64,000 bases of DNA from Orbicella franksi (Eukaryota). Positions within the stretch are counted from its first letter, which is position 1; each line of letters opens with the position of its first letter. Location: the NCBI GenBank assembly GCA_964199315.1, contig OZ116703.1, forward strand, positions 20,522,001 to 20,586,000, in the 5' to 3' direction. Shown here one piece after another: positions 13,601-25,600 of this stretch. The notes beneath the pieces are model-generated. The model was not told the origin of the DNA. It did no database searches and saw only the letters and a list, made by a program, of their open reading frames with translations. A program made the position numbers and the translations under genes.

Positions 13601-16600
13601 ACAAATAAATTAATGACCGTCGCTTCTGCCGATATAAACTTGCAAAGTAAACACGATCTTATTTGTCACGTAGCGAAAGTGAAAGCTGCAACGTCAGCGC
13701 ATTCCATGGCTGACGTAATACCTTTTTTCAGCGTATTTATTATTCCCTTTAAATCCAACGCTTTGATAAAAAAAAAAAAAAGAAAATATATTTTACCCAC
13801 AAAAAAGAAAACAATATCCGTAAAACTGTCCGTGTATTTATGTTTTAACAGCTTCTGGCGGAAAAACATCACACGTTGCGTGACTCAAAGTTTGGCCGAG
13901 CGGAGGTCTGCGTCTGGTCACCGACAAAAAAAAAAAAATTATAAACCACGGGTAAACCTAGAACCGCGCTCGGCCCATGGCCGCGCGGTTAAAAAAAATA
14001 ATAAACCCCGGGTAAACCTAGAACTGCGCTCGGCCCATGGCCGCGCGGTTAATAAAGCTAAGACGAGGATAAAGGTGCAACTCAATAGCTCACATACTTC
14101 TACAAGTTGTTTGTGCTTTTGTATTAGTACTGATCATTTTAAGCAGATCAGAGTACGAGTAATTAGATTGGAATAATCAAACGCACGGAGGTTGTTATTA
14201 GTTGAAGAAGAACTCAGTGCCACAAATACGAAACTTTTCAAGTTTTGTCAGGTTGCGAAATTCAGGATGGCTTTAATCATCGATCTACTTGCAGTGGCAG
14301 GATAGCGGATGAAAACCTGGCCACGATTTGGATCGGAAGTTGGCAATCCTTTGACTACCAACTTTATGAGCAAAAGAAAGAAAGACACAACAATACTGCG
14401 TCATTGCAGCATTCCCGTAATTAAAATACGTCACCCAAGTCAGGATCCAATGCTTAAGCACGTTAGCATCGGTGTTTAATCCCCAACAATACTCTCACCA
14501 AGGTAACAGAAATGTACAGCTTTCCACAGAAAAACAGTGGCGTTGCTCAGGTATGTTATTAATTTTTGTTAGGTTCAAAAACCCGATAAACGTTTCCTTG
14601 TGATTGGCATATATAGTATAGATTTTCCTACTAAAAATTAAATATCAAGACCTACCTTGGCTTCTGACAATGGAAATAACGGGGACATCATTTGCGAGTT
14701 CTTTCCGAATTATATGACATTGAGCTCGGTAAGGAGACAGAACGACCATTCGATCCATCATCACACCGCAATTACTGAGTTTGTTTACCACCTCAACCTG
14801 GAATTAAAATCTAAATTAGTAGATCTAATAGCGCCACGTGCAAGTATGCTATTTAATTTGAAATAATTTGATGGGGCCGTTAGCCAAGTCCAACAGCTCA
14901 TATTCGTATTCTCGGTACTGGTTTTGAACCGGAACTAACTTGCAATGCGGGGAGTCTTTTCAGATGCAAATGACATTAATCTCTCTTAAAGCTAGTTCCA
15001 GTCCAATACCGAGGATACGAATAGGGCCTATTTGATAGTCAGGGGGGAATTCTTTGAGTCCAATTCAGAAATCCCGATCACCGTATGAAAAAGATGGGGA
15101 CTAGATAGTTAAACCACCCTTAATTCATAGGGCAAGAAAACCCCAAAAAGGCTCATATAATGTGATTAATGGGGTTCCACTTTACCAGATTGATCGATTG
15201 ATCGATCGATCGATCGATCAATCAATCAATCAATCAATCGATCGATCTTCATTCATAGAAGGTAACACCTAATAGTTAAATAACTAGTAAGCTTCAACCT
15301 GAAGGGATAGAATGGGAACTGGAAAAATTGGATTTGGGTATCTGGGGCTGTGAATCACAGAAATAAAATGGTGATTGAACTGGGATTTGGGTAAAAAAGT
15401 AAGCTGTGAAATGGTACTTTTGCGTATACCCCCTCCCCTCCATGAGGACTCCCCACATAATCCCCAATAATATCTCACCACTTTGTCCCTCTCTTTCAGG
15501 TTACTCTTGGATCGTTGATTGCCTTCCTCTGTTGTCACAACTAACTCTTCCTCCTCGCCAACCACATTACAAAACACGAGGGGTACGTAATCTGCATCAC
15601 TATGGGAAGGCCAGAAATTTATAAATCTTCTCCGCAGCCTCGTCTCTCTATCACGGTCAATAACCGATAGTGGCGTGACCAATTTGCCACCGTAGAAGTG
15701 TTGGGAAGGAAATTCGCAGATATCCGGGTGCTGAAGCAAAGATATAATTAGGAAGAAATTCAAGATAAGGAAGGGCACCTAGAATTCGGAACTATTTGGC
15801 TATAAACAGGCATTGAAGAGTACTCATAGGTAGTTATCTATCACTCAGCTATCGCTACAATCTTCTGGGACACCGAGATGAATTCAGACTCTCGCCAGAT
15901 AAAGTATACATGTCACGGCTGCATCCCAACGGGTGGTGCGACTTAATTTGCGTTACGTTCGCTAGCAGTATGCAATCAGTGGGCAATCTTTTATAAGCGG
16001 CTTCAGGATAAAATTTCTACCAACTGAAATTTTGTGAGTGATAAGTTCAAAAAATTTCACTTACCATTCTGTATTGTTCTTCAAGCATAAACGCATTGTC
16101 GGAGAAACGTTCGAACATGGATATCCTCAAGCCAAGAGACCTGGCAAGTCTGTTCTTTACAATTGGTTGCAGCTGCATGTGATCTCCTATTAGAACCACT
16201 TGCTGTGCTTTTGAGTAAACAATCGGAATAAGAGTTTCCGGTTCCATACACATACCGCATTCGTCGACTATGCACTGCATGACGTTGTTACACGCCTCTC
16301 TTATTCTTTGACTTCCAGCAGAGGAACAGGTGCAAAGCACGATCTGAACGTGTTCCCCTTTACTCCGCCTTCTTATGGCCCACTGTTCAGCCTTCCTTAT
16401 TAGCTGTAATTGCAAGATGTTTAAAACTGAAGTGTGTTAATACGTCTATGCATGTGTTTCGATTACGAGTAAAGAAAAATCGTGCAACCAATCAAACAAA
16501 AGCTAGAGTTTGTTGGTGAGTAATGTCACCCAATCAGGTGTTGACCGACACAACTTCATCTGCACTTACCATAGGAACTACAGCCCGAGTTTTAAATGAC

Positions 16601-19600
16601 TCTTATCAAGATGTGACTAAGGAACAAACCATTATTGTTTTGAGGTGGGATTGGATAATTTTCCTGGGCATGATATTTTTTCTCACCTTAAGGATGTGCA
16701 TGTTTTGCTTTTGGTGGGCAATAGCTTGTGGAAGATTTTTTTTTATATAGTCAAGCACAGGACCAGGAAAGTGGAAAGCACTTGCTCGATTTTTCTTTCT
16801 TCATGGCCCCTCTTGTGCAATTTTTTTCAGCAGTTTTTGTTGTGCGGGAAGCTTTTTTTTTTTGTCCTTTAGGACTCGATGCCGAGTCGATAGTGCGATC
16901 AAATAGTTATTCATCTCCATAATGATTATCAGATATCTTAAGCATTAATGTGTTCTTACCTCTAAGTACTCTTCGACTTTTGCCTCCTCCACTTTCTCCT
17001 TCTTTTTCTTCTTTGCTGCAAAAAATCTTTCGAGGCGCCTCAGCTTTTCTGCATAGTACGGTGACTTTTTCTTGTGTCTGATCACGTAATGTAACGCAAT
17101 CCTTTTCAATTTCTTAGGTACCCTCAATTCGCCCTTGCTGGCGACTGGTCGAGTTGGTTGAATTTTGTTTGGTATTGGAAACCTTTTCTGCTCGATGAAA
17201 TTTCCGTACACTCGAAGAATCTTAATGCCCTTGATTTTCATCAAATACTCTGCAAATTAAAATAGCCTCATAAAAACCGAAGAAAGATAAAGAAACAACT
17301 AAAACGTCAGTCTCCTTTTTTAAAGCGTGTTTGCCAATCAAATAGGTTGCAAATACATATTTTTTCTCATATTTAGACATCGGCCGAACAGAGAGTTCGG
17401 GTTGTGACAAAAACCCATTCAATAAGATATACGTCCTGACCGGAACAAGTCTGAAACGTTACTATGCCTGAAATATTCGCCACAACGCCTTTCTAATTAA
17501 ACATATCATTTTCAGACCACACCTGCAACGACATCCACAGATTTGTTTGAAGGACCACAGTACAGAACTTGTGGTGGTGCTTTCTTGGGTATTTCTTCAG
17601 CTGGGGTAGTTCTTTCAGGTGGAGTATTTTGTCTGTTAATTTCAGCAAACCAATAGGCGATGTGAACTCCAGTGATCGTCTTCCCAGTTCCTATAAGGTG
17701 TATCGTATACATGTATGATGTCCAGCACAAGCAAATGTCACTGATGAGGTAACTATATTCAGACATTCTGGGGTAACAGTTTAAAGAGCGCGCAAATAAA
17801 AACAACCACCACCACCACCAAAACAACAACAACAACAGCAAACTAAAATCAATGAAATTAGTAAACGATTTTGTTCACTCTAGGAGATTGTTTTGCTAAG
17901 CTCATTTTCAGAAATGAAGACTTATGGTTGAAGGGGCTCATCCAAAGCAAAGTTTCGTTAGAACAGTACAAAAAAGTATAAGAGACCTTGCAGGATCAAA
18001 TAAAAGTGGCTGCATGGTCAGTGTCTATGAAACGAAAATCACAACTTGTCTAAAGACAATCATGTCAGTAGTTCGTATAGTAGTTCGTATATGGTCATCC
18101 GGGTGAGGGTAGTTCTGAAAAGAACTGTTGTTGGTGACGGACGTTTCGACAACCTGAGCGGAAATCATCTTCAGAGTCAAGTGAATAGTTTTTCTCAGGC
18201 GATAATGTTATAAGTCTGGTCCGTTGAGCGTGATTGGTCAGTTGAGCCATGATGGTATTGGCTGAAAGACTCGTGTAAAGTTTGTAATCAGTCATTGGTC
18301 GGTTTACTTTCGGATTTAGCAGGCAAAAGGGGCCGCTACTTTAGGATGGCCTCCAACCAGCCACATAAATTCTACGGTATTATGCGGAAGAAGCGCTAAA
18401 GTAGGGCACTCATATCCAAACGATTAGGTATAAAAATCCGTCACGAGAACTTACCGGGAGGTCCTTGAATGAGAGTGAAGAGCCCTCGAAGGGATCTTTT
18501 GACAGCCGTCTCTTGGCTGGTGTTCAGTCTTTCTAGGTCACATCCTTGGACATGAGCAGCAACTGAGAGGTTATCAGCCGGTAAACGAATATGTAGACCT
18601 GAAATTAAAAATAACGATAACTAATTTTAAACGGTATATGTTTTGCTGATCATAGACAGAACTGAGAAATGCGTTGTCGCGGAGACTCGACCACCAAATA
18701 CGAGGTACTACAACTATCTAGCAAAGCGTACAATACAAAGACTTGCTTGCTTCACCTGCCCGGGAAAATAAATACCATAATAATGAATTTCGAATGAAAA
18801 AGACCAAGGTAAAAGTCGGTTCGGATAACAGTGTACAATACATCTGAAATTGCAAGTTCCCAACAGTTGTATACTTTCAAACAGTTTAACATTTCTTTCG
18901 TTTGATGTTTCGTAAATATGTAAAGAGCTTATCATAGAATATCGTAATATTGGATTCTCGTCACCAAGCTTTGTCATTTCCTAAGGTTCTGTCCTGCTTT
19001 TACTGCGTCAAATGCGACCAAACAAAGCTTCTCCATCACACTTTCAACACCGCACTTACGTAACCAATAACTGGATTACTCGAGCAGTTATAAATATCCC
19101 TTACCTTCCAATCGAGTTGCATTTCCCAGGCAGATGTCATGAGCAAGTGGCGTGCCCTTCAATGGCAGATCTTCCACAGTTTTGATCATTCGCCTGAAAA
19201 AAAGGGAAGTTACGTTAGAAAACAAATACCAGAAATCATGTTTAACAGTGTTATGCTCAGAAACTTTCACATGTGTTTCTAGTGGTCAGGTGTATTGGTA
19301 ATGTTTGGACAAAATCTCCTCCACAATAAGAACAACCTGCTATCCAGAGCTGAAAGCTACAAAGCTGACAGAGGGGTGGGGAAGACATTGGTCTCTACAA
19401 CAGCCGACCACAGTAAATATGAGATTTTGATTATTGCATTCGATCAGGAAGCTCTTAATTAAACTTGAAGAAAAATGTCCGGCTTGTTGTTTCATCTCCC
19501 TCGCGTTGGACAAATGTTATCGATATAATCATAACATACTTGCTTATAGCTAGCTAGAGCTTCGAACTCGTTAGAGATTGGGGAGAGCGTCCATTGAATA

Positions 19601-22600
19601 CATCACAAACCTCACCGGCAGAAGCGGATTTGCGGAGAAAAACGAAGCGTGGCCATGCTCTTAAACCAATAGGCCAAAGGGCTGCTAGCACTGATTTTAC
19701 GCTAGGTGCAACTTTCTTCAAGTTATCGGCAATACAGTCGGAGTAAACAAGGCCACAATTTCACGGGCGGTTTATTCGTCGGGGAAGCCCTTTTAAAAAC
19801 AAAAGTTTCGCGCAATTCTATGACGTAAAATAGCGTAAGAATACATTCTAATCAATTAAAATAATACCCTTTACGCTTAATCGCGGATTAGTTAATCGAC
19901 GGATTAATCTTCTTTTGAACAACCGTTTTCTAACCCACGATTAGGAAATTTAATCAACGATTAGGCTTAGTCGGAGGTTAGTTTAATCGCGGTTTTGAAC
20001 AACCGGGCCCAGGAGTTAAGTCCGAGCTAGCGTTGTGATTAGGTCCTTCATGGTCTGGATTTTGCCACAAGGGCTGTTTTTATCGGAACGGTCATCCGCC
20101 GAGTATGTTTTGTTTTCGGAAGCCGGAAACTTCAAAATTGCGACTGCGAAAAGAAAGACTGCGAAAAGAAAACGTGTAGATATTCTCGTTCTTCGTAAAA
20201 AAACACGTTACGGCGGAAGTCCTTTGAATTCAAGTGACTAGAAATGCGTTTAGGAGAAACATAAACAAGTATGGCGCGAGTGCCATATAATAGGCTAATT
20301 ATCTACCTTGCTTGCTTGAGCCTTACTGAGGAATATTTACCCTCGTTCGTTTGCACGTGTGCTTGCTCCGTAGGACCCTCGCGCTCCGTAAGTAAGAGGT
20401 TACTGATATATAGATTTAGAGATCCTGGGCCGGATAGTTCAAAACCCGATTAAGATAACCCAAGATACGCGAAAATTTGATTTGAGTTTTGTAACTTTGT
20501 GGTGAGGTTTTCTGTTTATATAGTTTGGCCCTCTGTTTAGGGTTTGAATAATCGCAAACTACACAAAACATAAGCAGTAAAAACATTTTTATACAAGAAA
20601 AAAATTATTTTTCGGTTAACTTTTAATCCTGAGTTAGTGTTAACCGGCTTTCAAACAACCTGGCCGTGATTACAACAGAGCTCTAAACTGGAGCCCGCGA
20701 TATGCTCACGTGATACTGGTCTGTGGATACCTTATTTTGACAGGTGTCAATTGACGGCAACATGGATGTCCGATATCAAAGAAGTACGCTGTAAACCAAG
20801 GCTGCATGTCTCCGTCAACCTATTAGCTGGAGTATGGCCGCCATGTTGCGCGACTCCGTCGTCGTCGTCGTCGTCGTCGTGCGTAAGCGCCCATGGGCAA
20901 TACCGCTAGCCATGATAACCATGAGAAAATCAATTCAGGTCTCTTTTTCTTTCCTTTATGAGTATGTGCCTCGCTTGACGGCCCTTCGGGTCGCCGGAGC
21001 TCCGCTATTAGTGTTTTTTACAAAAAGTGAAAAGTGCATAGTGCGCGACACTTTTTTCCCTCTATGTTTGCAGAGATAGTTAACTACACACGAGCAGGTT
21101 ATTATTTGCAGCCACTAGAATGATACCAGGGGTAATGCGCATGAGTAGGACATTACTTGTATGCAGTTATCTGTAGTGACAAAGTCAATCAAAATCAAAG
21201 AAAATATATCGAAATACCAATTTGCACAAAACAAAACAAACCAAAGCAAAGAAAAACAAAGCAAAACAAAACAAAACAAAACAAACAAAGCAAAAAGCAA
21301 ACACAAAAACGAATGTATATGTATGGCCTATAATTACCTGGAAGGGATAGCTTGCTTTATTATCTCCACGATACATCTCCGAGTTCCCCCACTTCGAAGA
21401 ACTTGAGGGATGCTCATTGAGTGCTGGAACAGCTGAAGGGTGAATTTCAGAGATGTGTCTGCACCAGTGAAGATACAGTGACCAACCCAATATCGTTCTA
21501 CAGCTTCCCCTCCAGCGGTGAAACTTTCCTTGTCATTCTCATCTTCGCCTTCACTTCCAGTTGATGCTTCTTCTCCATGTTCGTCTAAAAACACACTTTT
21601 GATTGCTGAAGACAACTCTGAATTAGGCGAACTGTTCGAAACAGACGTGGAGCAGGAAACTCGCACACAAGCATAATCTCCACAAAAAATCTCGATTTGC
21701 CTGGTTTCGCTGAACATCTTATCTAGCCGAAACTTGCCGACAAGTTTAGAGTCATCGTCCACTTTCCACGTTACTTCAATACCTTGAAGAACTAATGCAT
21801 CATCATTCCGTGTGGCCACGGTCGCAGCCTCCATGTTCAGCAGAGGATTCCAAGCATTGACGTACGCTCTGATGTTTCTATAGCGCTGCTTTGACGCTTT
21901 TTCTGAAGCAGTTTCTGCAAAGCACTTATCAGCGAGCTTCCTGTGTTCCAGACAGATGTTGATGCCAGGCGCAAGGTTGAACAGCTGAATGTCAGGTGCC
22001 ATGAGTGGTCCAATATCGTTGGCTGATAGCTGTACGCTAACTTTGTCGGAAACTTTGAAAGCATGAGTCGCCTCAATGAAATGTAATTCACTTTCTTCCT
22101 CATCTTTAGGTGACTCCGTATCACTTTCGCTATCGCTCTCGTCGACTTCGTCAATTACTTCGTCAGAGTCATCATCTCCGTCGTGGTCATCATCGTCATC
22201 TTCATCGTCATCGTCATCGTCATCGTCATCTTCATCGTCATCTTCATCGTCATCTTCATCGTTGTGTTCGTCATCTTCGTCGCGGTCATGGTCGTTTTCT
22301 TCCTCTCCCTGCTCTCCTTGTCGTTCTTGTCGTATCTTTTCATTCGAAGCTTCCCTCCTTTGACGAGAAATGATCTTATACACTTCCCTCAATCCTTGCT
22401 TCAGCCTTTTCAAATCGTTGTCTTTAACAGCATTCACGACTTCTAGCCAATAATCGCTAGGAATGTGGTAATCAATACTTGAACAGTTTAAGACAGCGTA
22501 CAACAATGCTTCAATCTTGCTTCTGTCTTCACGGAGATGTCTCTCCTGATCCCTGAACTGCCTTGCATGCTTCATATTTTCAGCAGAAGCATCGTGCACC

Positions 22601-25600
22601 CTAAATTTCCACTTCAGTTCAACGGAAGTTGACGATTCATCCAACTGAGGTTGCTCAATTGGTCCCAAGTCACTAATCCGGACTCTCCTTTGCTTGAGAG
22701 TGAGGTACTGGTTTGCATCAGACAGAAGTTGCAGTTGAATAAAATCCCGCGTGATGACTTCAACGACAGCGGCAGTTTCGCAAGTGTTCTCCTTAAGATC
22801 GGCAGCGAACTGAACTTGGCCACAATCTCTCTCAAACTTACTCGATCTGTCGGATAGAAATGAACACCTGCCATAAAGCTCGGAGATATCCTCAGGCGCC
22901 GTGTTTTGCCCTTCGTTCTCTAGTAACAAGCGATGAACTTCAATATCAAGATAACGACGAATCGGAGAAGTAAAGCGAGTGTATTCCAACACGTTCAAGG
23001 ACCAATGAACTCTGTGATCTACTTCCACGTCAGCTGCTCTTACATCTTCAGCTTTTCTTTGCAGACAATTCAGTTGCGAACGTGCAGCAGCAAGTTGAGG
23101 ATAGATGTTATCATTGCAAATTAAGTGCGTTAACCTTCTGAGATCCTGTTTGCGCAGCGCTTTATTGATGTCATTCCATGTAGACGTTGGCACAACAAAG
23201 GACTCCGTGCAGTGACCATCTTGACGCAGATGCGCTCTAAGAGAAAGAGAAAGCATAGCAAACTCGCCAAACCTCTCTATCCATTCATCTAGTTTACGCC
23301 TCTTGGGAGGAAGTTGAATTCGCAAAGGCGCAGACAACACTGCTTGTATCCGAACAAGGAACTCAGCCACAGATGTGTTTGCAAGGATCATCATTTCTTC
23401 TACTAACTCATGAGCTTCAAGGTCTTCCTTTCGGTCTGCGTGGTCGAAATGATAGAACGATTTGTCACCAAGACGCAACTGCCTCCTTTTTTGAGCTAAG
23501 AAACTAAGGGTGCGGATGCTTTGTTCGATCACCGGTGTCACTTCCCCTTCACTGACAGGCTTACCTCTGATGGGCTCTCCAAGAATGACTTTTTGTGCTT
23601 CAGCATAAGTCAAACGACATTGTGAGGTCACAATCGTTCGACAAAAATCGAGCTCTTCCTGTACACCACCATCTTGGTCCAGAACCAGGAAAACAGAAAC
23701 TGCAAGTCGTTCTTGGTTCGGCAACAGGCTGCAGATGCAATGGCTTAGGTCTTCCGGAAGCATAAGAACGTCTCCAAAACTGTGACCTGGAAAGTAAGAA
23801 GTTCCTCTCTTTCGCGCCTCGGTATCGATTCTACTCCCCTTTGTCACAAAGTAAGACACATCAGCAATGTGAACGCCGACTTTGTAAAGACCATTCTCTA
23901 GTTCCTCAATCGTCAAGGCATCATCCAAAGCTCTACTTCCAGGAGGATCAATTGTAAATGCGTTTTTCACATGTGGGCGGCTATTTCTTTCACGATTTGG
24001 GCTGGCTGACCACTCGTCAATCTGTCTTTCTACCTCTCTATCAACCTCATCTGGAAAAAGTTCCTTCAGTTGGTACTCAGCAGCTAGAAGTTTGAAAGCT
24101 TCAGAAAGATCAGAGGTTCTACGGATCTTCTTTGTTACAATGCCAAGTGGATATGGAAATTCACGTTTCCATTGCAAATATTGCACGACAAAGAGGTAGT
24201 TGCCACTCAATGCCTCTCTTAACGATAGCGTGCCCACTCGCACTGCTTTCTCCGCATGTCCAGGATGAACTCTTTTGTAAATTGGAACTCCTCTGCAAGA
24301 TTCATCTCTCAAGTTTCCGATGGGTGTCATCGATCTGTTTATTGGGTACATCACCCAGGGGTTGTTTCTGTTGATTGTACAAACAAACTGAAGTTCACGA
24401 AGACTGATCGGGCGATTCCATCTCCCAACTATCTCACCTTTCATTCTTTCCGAGCTACTGGAAGGTAAGTTGGTCAGTTTTACCAAGACCCTGTCTCGAT
24501 CAAAGTACTGACGAGTGTTTCCTTCGATCAAAATATCGTCAGTAGCAAGATCTTGAATCTCTCCATACAAAGTTCTTGATCTCTCGTGGCTAATGTGCAA
24601 GGAGCATGTGCGATATGAATGAGGATCGTCCCTTAACAGACGATCAAGATACTCTGGCTGTAGGCTCTCTTGCTCTTTCTGTTTGGGTTCACGAAGTAGT
24701 CGTTGCGTACGCTCGCTGTATTTGACGTTCCAGTTCACCAGAAAAATACGAGTTTCACCTTTCCTTGTGGTCATTTTGTAGTCTTCGTGAACAACGTTGT
24801 TTCCCACGTCATTAAAACCAGAATGAGTAGTAAGGGGACTTGTATTGCTCTTTGTGCTGTCTTCTGGTGGAATATTTGGTCTCATATCGACTTTCTCTTC
24901 CTTTGCTTCTCCTTTCGCTTTTCTTTTCATTTTTTTTTCTTCACACTTGGCCTTCAAGGCAAGGATGATTTCATCCATGTACTCTGGGGGCACTGTCTCA
25001 TCCATATTCCCATACTCGGCAAAGTCATCGGCACCTCCCAGGTCGTCACTCTCAGACAATTCGTCCCCCGCATCGTCGGAATCAGATGCACTTGCAAGTT
25101 CACTCTCGTCTAAGTTTTCAAGGTCAGTAGGGACTGTGTCGGCATCGTCACTAAAATGGCCCTTTCCCTTGGAAAGGAAAGTGCGGTCACCCCTTTTGAA
25201 ATTTGACTCAAGTTCCTGAGGCGAAGGAGGTGACATACTGCTGGCCGTAACGTTAAGGCCACAGTCTTGGTTTTTAGCAGCCGGATGACTGGTGTTTGAG
25301 AACGCACCTGGCATAAACTCGGTAGCATTGACATTAAGTCCACTCTGCGATATACTTTCTTCAAGCTCGTTGGGTTCAATTCCAAACAGGCGTCCCTGGT
25401 CACTACATCTCTTGATAAATTCTTCCCACAGCCCTTGGCAAGCACCCACGGTTCTCAAAGAAAATGGATCACCAACAACTGCGATGAGAGACTGGGCACG
25501 TGTAAGAGCGGTGTTTAGCAGCTTAGGGTCTGACAGGAAATACAGGTATGGACTCTCGTTCTCCCCAAGGTCGCGCTCACCGAACTCTTTGCAGGTATGA

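Noticed and set aside
13941-14050. Repeat-spacer-repeat pattern resembling CRISPR
   Set aside because: Only two copies, an A-rich 10-nt spacer, eukaryotic intron, no cas genes.
11409-14176. Repeated ORFs (MACKYL..., MITVD..., MAVSSQ...), up to 227 aa
   Set aside because: They lie in the tandem units, are broken differently in each copy and show no recognisable domain.
14300-14560. Plus-strand open stretch with donor-like sites (cag|gtatgt, aag|gtaaca): possible nested antisense gene
   Set aside because: No start, no homology and no coherent exon chain.
22076-22446. Ser-, His/Arg-, Ile/Val- and Met/Thr-rich ORFs overlapping the big exon
   Set aside because: Alternative-frame shadows of the (GAT/GAC)n acidic tract.
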